The position numbers were made by a program, and so were the translations under genes. From Pelomyxa schiedti (lineage: Eukaryota; Protista; Evosea): 39,113 bases of DNA. The notes under the pieces are model-generated. The model saw nothing but the letters and a program-made list of their open reading frames with translations. It ran no database searches and was not told where the DNA came from. Within the stretch, counting starts at the first letter, position 1. Each line of letters begins with the position of its first letter. This document shows positions 1 through 9,577 of this stretch, in pieces. Location of the stretch: positions 1 through 39,113 of the forward strand of contig JAHLWZ010000951.1 in the NCBI GenBank assembly GCA_020536535.1. Direction: 5' to 3'.

Positions 1-254
1 TGTAGCTCTGGGCCAAACTCAGTGCCACTGCATTAAGAGTGTAAACATCTGAAAGGTCCTGGTGTTCTGTGCACATTTCCTTAACATAGAGCTTTTTGTT
101 CTGTGTACCCACCCAAAAATGGCTCTCTTTGTTTGCACATTTTTGGGTGGTTTCCTATTTACTTTTTAATGAGCTTTTTAAACACCTACCAGGCCCATGT
201 TATTTGTTGCTGTGCTTCTGCCCACCAGTTCCCAGTGTATTATCACTTTTTCAG

Positions 255-506
255 CTGACTAACACTACCACTGTGAGCACCACCACTGCAAGCCTCACCA
301 CCACAAGCACTGCCACCTTGAGTGCCTCTACTACAAGCACTCTCACTGTGCACACTGCCACTGTGAGCACTGCCAGCATGAGCACCACCACAAGCACCAC
401 CACTCTGAGCACTACCACCATGAGCAGTGCCACCATGAGTACTGCCACTGTAGGCACTACCACCATTGTTGCCACCATGAGCACTACCACAAGCACTACG
501 ACTTAA
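255..506. repeat. Degenerate 15-bp tandem repeat (consensus about AGCACTACCACCATG); open on + as Thr/Ser-rich STTTM-like units and on - as GSAHG-like units
   Basis: Units such as GAGCACTACCACCAT and GAGCACTGCCAGCAT recur from about 265 to 500. A polypyrimidine/CAG acceptor-like site (TTTTTCAG, 247-254) precedes it and TAA at 504-506 ends the + frame, so it could be the last exon of an upstream gene. Confidence 0.7.
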
Positions 507-729
507 AATTAAAAAAGAGAGGAATTTTTTCCAACAAAACATTTGTTTGTATTCTGGTAAAACTCAATTTCGGGCCCTCCTCAGAGTACTCAGACTTTCG
601 GAAGTGCTCAGTCGTCCAGGTTCTTCCTGCTGCACGTCGCACTGGAGTCTCCTCCACTGAGCTCAGTATGTTGGGTGCTACAGCTCTAAAAATTCTGCAA
701 TAACAATCACTGTAAGTTGGGAGTCAAAG

Positions 730-2058
730 ATGGACGATGTGACAAGCTATCGGCAAACACTCGAGACACTAGATGCGATAGGTTTAAAATAACAATGCCA
801 AACAACCAATAGGTTCAACTTAAACAAACAAAAGCAGAGCCATTTCATCAACGCCAAAGTAAACGGACACATTTAGTTTAACCTTATTAATAAAGCCAAA
901 TTAAAACAGCATGCAAAAACTTGCCATATGCTCGTACTGTTGGTCTCACTGGATATGTGAAATTCCCCACATTCATTCCATCTCTGCTGGCTCTTCGTTA
1001 CCTCTGGAGAATAAACAAAAAACTGAGGCAGCCCACAGACCCACGCCCTCGTCACCTTCTAAACTTGGCGAAAAAAGCCTATGCTGAAGCTGACCTCAGG
1101 CGAGAAGCAGAGACATTTTTCGCGGATTCGAGTGTTCAAAACAGCCCTGTGAAGTGGCATGTTCTGCTCCTTCACGCCACAATGGTGATGCAAGTTGATG
1201 CAAGTGATCCTGCAGCCGGATTTCGTTTGTTCAAACTAGCTGCTGATGAGGGATTGGTGGCTATGGCTCAGTATAATGTGAGTACTTCCTTTTTTTTTCT
1301 TTTAGTTGGATCGCTTTAGATATCAATGACTCTGTTTTCCATATTTATTACTTATGCAATATTTATAACATTATTACGATGTAATGCCTATCATTAGGTT
1401 GGAGTATGCTACCAGATTGGCTCCGGAGTACAAGTTGACTTGTATGAAGCAGTCCGATACTACAGACTATCAGCTGATCAAGGAATTCGTTACGCAATAG
1501 GGAACTTGGCCGTGTGCTATGTACAAGGGGCCGGTGGGCTCGACAGAGACGTGCCTCTTGGTGTGGAAATGATCCGCTCAGTAGTTGGATGCAGCAGCAA
1601 GAGCTTTGGATATACATTGGCGGTGGTGCTACTATACAGCTTCACGAAATGCGGATCACGAACCTGTACAGGATGTGAAGGTTGTTCCGCTGTAAAAGAA
1701 GGGCTAGGAATTCTACTTGACCTTGCAGCCACTGGTCACGGTCCATCCCGTGAACAACTTGGGAAACTATATCTTGGAAACTGTGGAATAACTAGGGACG
1801 AGAGGAATGCCTGGAGGTCAGAACTACTTTTTTTTACCCCTTTACAAAAAAACAAATTAAACTATATGTGTGACTGACTTTTTATTTTCTTTTACTCATA
1901 GGTGGTTCCTGCACTGCCCAGACACTTGTGAGGAAGTCAGATTTTATTGTGATGTCATAAGATCAAACTTAAGAGTAGGGTCTGAGGTTCTTGCTGGTGG
2001 TGAAGAATGTGAAGAAGATGATGGTCCAGATCCATACCCAGAAGATGATGCTGAGTAA
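730..2058 (+). CDS. Sel1-like (SLR) repeat protein, 4 predicted exons (730-781, 910-1277, 1398-1816, 1902-2058)
   Basis: Spliced translation gives Sel1 consensus blocks: 'AAGFRLFKLAADEGLVAMAQYN|VGVCYQIGSGVQVDLYEAVRYYRLSADQGIRYAIGNLAVCYVQGAGGLDRDV' and 'GHGPSREQLGKLYL'. GT-AG boundaries are phase-compatible (GTGAGT at 1278, TTAG at 1397, GTCAGA at 1817, CATAG at 1901). Exon 1 is the least certain. Confidence 0.8.
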
Positions 2059-2179
2059 CATTAATAATCCAATACATCCACAAAAAAGTGGTGAGGTTCT
2101 CTTAGTTTTGATTCCATCAACTTGGGGCTGCGCGATAACAGATCCCATCATCACGGAATTCACTATTTAGAACAAACGA

Positions 2180-5100
2180 ATGTCGGGACAACCAACAGAC
2201 GCCAACGAGGGCGCAACGCCCCCACAGCCCAATGATGCTAATTACCCCAGTCCCAAAGATACAGATCACAGCACCACCATCGCCAAAGAAAAACACCACC
2301 AACAACACGCGGACGACGGTCCCATAAGTAAAAGCAGCAGTCACCATAGCACTCACCACCACGGCCACCACAAGCACAGGTACAAGTACAGGCCCAGTCC
2401 CACACCTCCCATAATCTCCCCTTCGCCGTCGCCCTCCCCATCCCCCTTATTGGCGTCGTCGTCATCATCATCTACACCGGTTCGGACTTCCTTGTTGAAT
2501 TTGCGACGGAGCACCGATGGCGACCGCGACGGCGACGGTCCCATAATGACTAGCGCGATCAGCGGCGATCGCGACGATGGAGTGACAAAGAATGTTGGTG
2601 ATTCTTCTGCAGCGACAATGACAAAAACTGCAACTACTACAACTACTACCACAACGACCACAACAAGTGACAGTGGAACGGCAGGTTTTGCTTGTATAGG
2701 ATAGTGATGGATTTTTTTCATTTTTTCGTTGCTTGGGTGGTGGTTTGTTTGTTGCCAATTGATTGGTTCTAATTGGATGAACACCCAAGGCCAACAGCAA
2801 GAGACTGAGCATGAACAGGTGCAGCTCGAAATGGCAGCTGTTCGAGCAAGAGACGAAATCACCAAACGAGCACTGGAAACGTTTTTGACTACAAGTGGTT
2901 CCTGCAACTGGTTATCATTATTTTTGAAAAATACTTTTCTTAATGGCATTTAGTTCAAGTGTGAAGCCAAAACTAGAAGTGAAAACAGCCAAGAATGACC
3001 CTCTTGAGTCATCAACTGTCTGCTCTGAACCTCCAGTCAGTTCCATCTCGAAGTCCATGCAATCAAGCTGCTCCATGCTTTCTACAAGCCCAGAGCAACA
3101 TGATGAAGATGAGGAAAACGCTTACGATTCGTATACATATGAGTTGCCTGCAGATGCGCCCATTCCCAAAATTGCTTTCTGTGCTTCGGGAGGAGGAATG
3201 CGGGCAATGGTCAGCATGGTTGGGTTTATGGATGGCCTCAGTCAGATCGGTCTACTTGACTGCATAACTTATGTTGTGGCATTGTCTGGGAGTGTGTGGT
3301 GCCCTCTGCAGTGGTTTGCCTGCCCTGGAATTGGCCAAGGGTGGAATCCTTTTCATAGTACAAAAACAAGCGACCCATGGAAGGCGGGTGGTTGCTTTAG
3401 TGAAGAAGAGCACAACTACTCTCTATTAGAGGAGATGGTTGTAAATGGCAGAGAAAAACGAGATACAATTGCTGCATCCTTCCTGGAAGCAGTCATGCCC
3501 GAGTCACTTGGAGTGAAGGGAGGTGCCTTTGATCTTTTAGCAGCATTGCTGCACAAAGATGCCTCAGTTGTCAAGGAATATACATCCTTTCTTGCAAAGA
3601 GATTAGTGTCACACTGTTGTAAAACGAATGCAACGTCTGTGACTTTCAGTGATTGTGCCCCAAAACTTAGTTCTGGTGATTACCCGATCCCAATTATTAC
3701 TGCCATTACAAGTGATTCTGGCGTCAATTATACGGGAGCACTCCCCGAGTGGGCGTGGATTGATATCACACCATTCACTATCAGGAAAGATGGCAAATTC
3801 ATAAAGCCTACACAGGAATTGCAGTTTAACACTGTACCTCAGTTGATGGCAACCTGCGCTGCCGCGTTTGCCTGTGACTGGGATTATGTACTTCCAACAG
3901 TTCAAGGTGCCCTTCCTAACATCGTTCAACGCCTTGTGCTTCCAACTGATGCCTGGTGCGATCAAAGACAACCAGCTGCTGAGTTCATATTTAAAGAAAC
4001 GGCCGGGTATGATTCTGACATTGGGCATATGAGAGATGCGGGAATAGATGTAAATGTACCATTCAATGCTTTGAGAGGAAGACACGTTGATATCGCCATC
4101 GTCATGGAATCCTCCAAATCTGCAAGGGGTTGCGAGTGTCTTGTGGCCGCAGTCAAAAAGGGATATGTATCTGTGTGCAAACAGGATGAACCTCTTCTTA
4201 CTGCCCCCTTTGGGCAAAATCAGTGCTTCAGGGTGTTCCACCCAGAAAAGCCTGGTGATCCTCTGATAATCTATGTAAGGGGCCACACACTTATAAGCTC
4301 TGTGTATCTAGACTTCACAAGCGATGAAATGCACGGCATTGTGGATTCTGTGAGAAGAATGGTTGTTCAAGAAGCTGAAAACTTCCGCTGGGTTATTCGC
4401 AACTGGGTTGGTAGAGCAGCATCAACAAAAATTTTACACTCTGTTGCTCAAGTTGTGAGCCCTCCTATTCACAACAAGCTTAAAGAGTTTTTCCGAGGCA
4501 AGTACAGTAGATTGTCCTTGCTTGGCAGTACGAGCCGGTGCTTTTCTGACCTGTTTGTCAAAGTGAATCTAGCCCACGAAACAGTGCACGGAAGAGATAC
4601 ATGTGTGAGTTTAAATGACCTTTGGGAAATTGCATTCCGCAACGGCAAACGACGATGCATTATTGAAGCTTCAGCGGGCTTTGGAAAGTCCACTTTGGCT
4701 AAATATCTAGCAAGAAACCAAGGGGAAAAAGGATGGAGCAAACATTTTGGAGTAGTTATAACTCTGGAGCTGCAACACATTGATCCTTCTCACCCTCCCC
4801 AAACTCAACATGAAGCTTTACATGATGTAGTGGGTATAACAGATCCAGAGCTATTGGAGTATATTGAGAAAGATATGTGTAGTGATGAAATTCTATGGAT
4901 ATTTGATAGCTTTGATGAAGTGGAGCGTGTTCCTGCACATCTCCCTCTTCGGAAGTGGCTTGACAAACTCATACAAGGAAATCTTGGGTGGGCATCTAGC
5001 ACCCTAATAATGAGTAGAAAAGAAAGAGATGCTGTATTTGATGATGCTCTTCACACTGACCTGGAAGAGTGGGGTGATGAAGATGTTGAGAGGTATATAA

Positions 5101-8054
5101 ACAAGTTTTTCAAAGATAAACCAGAAGCGGATAGGGTAAACACCTTAGCCCTCCTCAGGGTTAATCCAAGTATAAGAGCTTTTGCCAGAACCCCGCTGGT
5201 TTGTGAACTACTCTGCACAGTTCAACACATGCTTACAGAACCCAACCTGACCTTGAAGATGCTGTTGGATACACTCGTTACATGGCTGTGGGATAGAGCC
5301 AATGACAAAAGATTGAAGGCGGGGCTGGCTTCTTTCACTAAACAACAAATTGAAGAAGTGTCTTCAAGGTTAATGCAATTTGCTCTGGACTCCTATCGTG
5401 GTTCTGGCAATATTTTTGAACTGGATGTCAACGATCCTATGGAGAGCACAATCTACAACAGTGGGATTGTGCGGCAATTCGCAAATCCCAGAGAGGTAAA
5501 TAGAGCACCTTGTAAAAAGAAATGTGAGTTCATACATAGAATGCTCCTAGAGTATTATACAGCTCGCGCCGTGTGGATTAATATGCAATCCCACAGGCAG
5601 TTGATTCAAGGTTTAGTCCATCTGAACCCTGATGAAAGATTGATGTTTGTCATCTTGGCTGGATTTGCCAAGGAGGGGAATTGGAATGAACTCTTCTCTG
5701 AAGTGCTTTCAATGCTTTCCGATAAGTTATCCCAGAGACTTGTAGAATTTGAGAGACAAATGCAACATGAAGGGAAATGGTACAGCACTCGAGAGAAGTG
5801 GAGAAACAACCTCGGTGTAAACATTGTTATTGAGATGGCCACAATTATTGGTGATACTGCAACAGAAAAGTTTATTTGTTCTCTATCACCTATGGCAGCC
5901 AAGGTAACTTAACTCCAGTCATCATTCTCTAACAAAGCTAAGTTGGGATCTGTGATTGAGTACATTCCCCTTGTGAGTCGTTGGGTAGCAAAACCATCAA
6001 CACGCTATGCCTTTGCCCCATGGATATTCAGGATCCTTGTAGAGCCAGCAGCACGATATGGAAATATCTACCTGCTTTCGCACCTTATTTCACGGGCAGG
6101 AGGGCACACCGAACTTGATCAAGGCCTTTTAGAAGCATACCTCTCCAGACAACATGCAGTTATTGAACTCCTTGTAAGCCAAGGTGCTGGAAGGCTATCT
6201 GCTGAGATCCCGGCCAGACTGGGCCATGTGGAAGGAACAAAAAAGATGCTCATTGAAGCAGACTACAAAGACTCCGTCATGACCAAAGTTATGATTGCTG
6301 CCCTATCACGGGATCAAGTGCATGTCATCGAGCTGCTAGTGATGCATATGGACCTCACTGTCCTTTTAATGCACGCTTTGGTTTACCGTGCCAAGTCGTG
6401 CATACAGAGTCTCAGTTCCAGGATTACAAAAATCAACCTCAGTAATTCCACCAGGACCTTCCCTTCAGATATGGTTATGGTGATGCTCAGAGCGTGCCCT
6501 AATATGGTGTCCCTAAATTTAAGCAACTGCAATGTCACAGAATACTGCATCCTGCAGATTGCGGCGAATTGCCCCCGGCTCACATCACTTCAACTAGCCT
6601 GGTGCATCAACACCACTGATGCCTGCGTGACATCCATTTGCCAGCACTGCACAAACCTCAACGTGCTGAACCTGTCATACTGCCAGAGGGTCAGCGACCA
6701 CTCCACGCTCAGGATACCGCGGTCCCTCCCCAACCTCTGCGTCCTAGACATATCCGGCTGCATCAGGGTCACTGACAAGACGCTGCTCAAGATAGGCCAG
6801 TCATACTCCCACACCGGGCAAGTCGCCGGGCCCCCCTCTATCCTCTCGTGCATCGACCTGTCCGGCCTCCCGCTGATCACCGACGAGGGCGTGTCCGTGC
6901 TGGCGCTGGGGGCCGCCGCGAAGCTCGCGGCCGTGGGGCTGGCCAACTGCGCGAGGCTCACCGAGGCCAGCGTGGTGGCGCTGGCGGACAAGTGCGGGGC
7001 CTCGCTGACCTCGCTCAACCTGGACGGCAGCGCCGCCGCGGCGACCGACCGGGCGCTGCAGCACGTCGCCTCGTGGTGCACGGCGCTGCAGCACCTGTAC
7101 GCGTCGTCGTGCGAGCGGCTGTCGGACGACGGCGTGCTGGCGCTGGCGCGGAGCCCCGCGTGCGCGCCGCGGCTCGAGTCGCTGCACCTCGCGGACTGCC
7201 CCGGGGTCACCGAGAAGTCGGTGGCGGCGCTGGCGCACTCGTGCGCGGCGCTCGCGGACCTGGACGTGTGCGGGTGCCAGGGGCTGACGGACGAGGGGGC
7301 GTCGCGGCTGAGCTCGGCGCCGCTGCGGGCGCTCACGCTGAGGTGGTGCACGCTGGTGACGGACGTGACGCTGGGGTGCCTGTCGGCGGCGCGGCCGGCC
7401 GAGACCCTGCAGAGCCTGGACCTGTCGTACTGCGTGCGCGTGAGCGACCGCGGCGTCGCGTTCGTCGCGGCGGGCTGCCCGCGGCTCGCGCGGCTCAAGC
7501 TCAAGGCGTGCCACAGGGTGACCGACGCGGGGCTCGCGGCCCTGGCCCGCGGCGCCTGCGCCGGCAGCCTCTCGCGCCTGTGCCTCGGCGGCTGCCCCTC
7601 CGTGACCGACGCTGGCGTCGCCGACCTCCTCTCGCTGTGCTTCAAGCAGTTCCGCAGCACCCCAGCTGAATCGTCCACACCATTATCTGAATCCTCGCAA
7701 GTAGTGACAGAACACTCACAACAAACACCAACACCAGCAGCTTCTTCAACAGCGGTGGCATTATCAGGATCCACAACATTAGCAACAAGCGCATCACCTC
7801 AAATGGAACCAGCCAGTGATGCGGCTGCAGTGCAGCAGTTGGGTTCCTCCTCTTCGTTGTCTTCTTCATTGGTGGCATCCTCATCCTCTGCACTAAGGGC
7901 AACAACACAGGAGTGGTACCCTTACAACCCTGATGCTGTTAGTTACAAGGACAAGAACAGGCCCGTTCTGGACCTGCGGCAGTGTGTTGGTGTCACAAAG
8001 TCGTTGTTGTCAAGGACTGCAGAGACACACCCAGGTGTTAGAGTGAAGTTATAG
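2180..8054 (+). CDS. NLR-like protein: cPLA2/lysophospholipase - NACHT - ankyrin-like - Cys-containing LRR; predicted exons 2180-2684, 2790-2910, 2954-5903, 5943-8054 (1895 aa if spliced this way)
   Basis: PLA2: 'IAFCASGGGMRAM' (3171), 'YVVALSGSVW' (Ser at 3285), 'MRDAGIDVNVPF' (Asp at 4035), 'RHVDIAIVME'. NACHT: Walker A 'IIEASAGFGKSTLAK' (about 4662-4700), Walker B 'ILWIFDSFDE' (4890-4919), 'RTPLVCELL', 'EFIHRMLLEYY'. ANK-like: 'AARYGNIYLLSHLI', 'HAVIELLVSQGA', 'ARLGHVEG'. LRR: repeated LxxLxLxxCxxhTD units. The four exons sum to 5688 nt in one frame. Confidence 0.8.
3165..4390 (+). other. Cytosolic phospholipase A2 / phospholipase B-type catalytic domain (approximate limits)
   Basis: GGG-R oxyanion loop, xLSGS nucleophile motif and catalytic DxG motif appear in the order known for cPLA2 (SGGGFRAM...GLSGS...DSG). 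Confidence 0.85.
4490..5580 (+). other. NACHT-type STAND NTPase with helical/winged-helix motifs (approximate limits)
   Basis: Pre-NACHT 'FSDLFVKVNL', P-loop GFGKST, Walker B hhhhDxhDE, sensor 'TLIMSR', 'TPL' helical motif and FxH...EY winged-helix motif. Confidence 0.85.
6400..7650 (+). repeat. Cys-containing leucine-rich repeat array (FBXL/AMN1-like, about 26-aa units)
   Basis: Examples: 'CPRLTSLQLAWCINTTD', 'CTNLNVLNLSYCQRVSD', 'LESLHLADCPGVTE', 'LQSLDLSYCVRVSD', 'CPRLARLKLKACHRVTD'. Confidence 0.9.
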
Positions 8055-8131
8055 TGTGTTGTTTTGTTTGTGTGGGAGAAAGAAGAGAATTAATGCATAT
8101 GACTTCTTTTTTGTTGCTTGGCGATTTGTGT

Positions 8132-9361
8132 TTACAAAAAGAGAGGCTTTGTTGCTCTGCCGAGCCTGTCCACAATTGCAGCCCAAAGCCCGTCTGAATG
8201 GTCTGGCATAAGCACTAGTATTAGAGGTTTTCCGCCTTCATCTACATCTCTGAGGCATGCATAGAGCTTGTGTGCATAATCCCGTGCTTCTGAAGGCATT
8301 AAGGTGGTTTCGTGTGGTGGAGGTAGGTACATGTGAGGAGAGTATGTTATAAGTGATATGGAGAGGTGTGGGTGTGTCGGTTTCAGTGCTTTTATAGTGT
8401 CTTCAGCCGGTTGGCATATTCTGTGCTCGCTACTGGAGCTACTACTACTGGTACTACTGTCGCTCCACGAAGCACACCAGGTTAGAACATCACTCCACTG
8501 AGCTTCCGAAAATCTAAATGCCGGTGTACGGGGAGCGTAATGGCTGTCGAGCATTCCAGGGCTCGGTCTGGGGGCGTCTTCAGGAGTCGGTTTCGGGGCA
8601 GAGTGGAGAGGAACCACTCGAACTCCCAAACACTCTGACATCATCTCTGCTGTAACAGCTCCAGGTCTCAATACAACGGGGGGATTACGAGTCACGTCAA
8701 CGACAGTTGATTCTACACCAACATCACACTCCCCACCATCCAAGATGGAAACCAGTCCAGCCGGTCCTGCACCACTGAGCTCCGCCATGACATGTGCTGC
8801 ACTGGTTGGTGAAGTAAATCCGGAACGGTTGGCAGATGGAGCAGCAATAGGCCTCTTGGACGCCTCGATTAAACGTCGAGCAATAGGATGTGAAGGTACA
8901 CGTATGGCAACAGAAGGAAGACCGGCTGAAACACAGGCAGGAATCAAAGCTTGATTTCTAGGAACAACGACAGTCAGCGGACCAGGCCAAAACCGTGCCG
9001 CAAGCTTTTCCGCCTCCACAGGCAATACACCCCCACTAGCACACGTTCTCGCCATTTCCACGTCTGTAACGTGAACTATCAACGGATTGTTGGAGGGTCT
9101 TCCCTTCGCAATGTATATACTTTGCACAGCGGTCGCATTCGTGGCGTCGGCACCTACGAATACTAAGTATACTGCACAACGGGAAAAGAGAAAAAAAAGG
9201 AAAAAAAAAACCGTGGATCGCGAACCTAAACCGTACACCGTTTCAGTAGGAAACGCGACTAGTTTTCCATCACGTATGACTTGACCGGCCTCAGACAAAA
9301 TCTGCTGCGTATCGCTGTCGCTTCCCCGCAAGCAATCTCGCACCGTGACAATCGCCGACAT
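8132..9361 (-). CDS. SUA5: Threonylcarbamoyl-AMP synthase Sua5 (YrdC plus SUA5 domains); exons 9361-9226 and 9153-8132
   Basis: 'LVAFPTETVYGLG|ADA...AKGRPSNNPLIVHV', 'FWPGPLT', 'IAAPSANRSG..SPT', 'GVESTVVD', 'PGM..SHYAP'. The 'SRSTVFFFLFFLF...' stretch is a 72-nt in-frame GT-AG intron (9154-9225). Confidence 0.95.
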   Translation of the reverse strand: MSAIVTVRDCLRGSDSDTQQILSEAGQVIRDGKLVAFPTETVYGLGSRSTVFFFLFFLFSRCAVYLVFVGADATNATAVQSIYIAKGRPSNNPLIVHVTDVEMARTCASGGVLPVEAEKLAARFWPGPLTVVVPRNQALIPACVSAGLPSVAIRVPSHPIARRLIEASKRPIAAPSANRSGFTSPTSAAHVMAELSGAGPAGLVSILDGGECDVGVESTVVDVTRNPPVVLRPGAVTAEMMSECLGVRVVPLHSAPKPTPEDAPRPSPGMLDSHYAPRTPAFRFSEAQWSDVLTWCASWSDSSTSSSSSSSEHRICQPAEDTIKALKPTHPHLSISLITYSPHMYLPPPHETTLMPSEARDYAHKLYACLRDVDEGGKPLILVLMPDHSDGLWAAIVDRLGRATKPLFL

Positions 9362-9577
9362 TTTCGTTTTTGTTTTGTTTTTGTTTTTTTGTAGATTCGT
9401 GAAATTCTTCCGAAATCGAGCTTCGTGACTGAGAATTCTCGACCACGAAGCCTCATTGTTAACAACAAGTATGCAGGGTTAATGGTTCATTCACTTCCTG
9501 GTGGGGATCTCGTTGTGTTCTTAAAGTATTGGTAAACAACCAATCATTTGGGTGTTTTTATGTGCTGTAGTTGTATG

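Noticed and set aside
255-506. CRISPR-like array
   Set aside because: Repeats are contiguous and degenerate with no unique spacers, there are no cas genes, and the context is eukaryotic.
5910-5912. TAA reassignment or programmed readthrough joining the two NLR ORFs
   Set aside because: TAA serves as the predicted stop of other genes here (2056-2058, 35734-35736), and a canonical-sized intron explains the join more simply.
6590-7774. Long alternative-frame and antisense ORFs (6590-7774 -, 6801-7514 -, 6848-7669 +)
   Set aside because: Expected from stop-codon depletion in very GC-rich DNA. The translations are Arg/Ala/Gly low-complexity with no motifs, while the LRR frame is clearly periodic.
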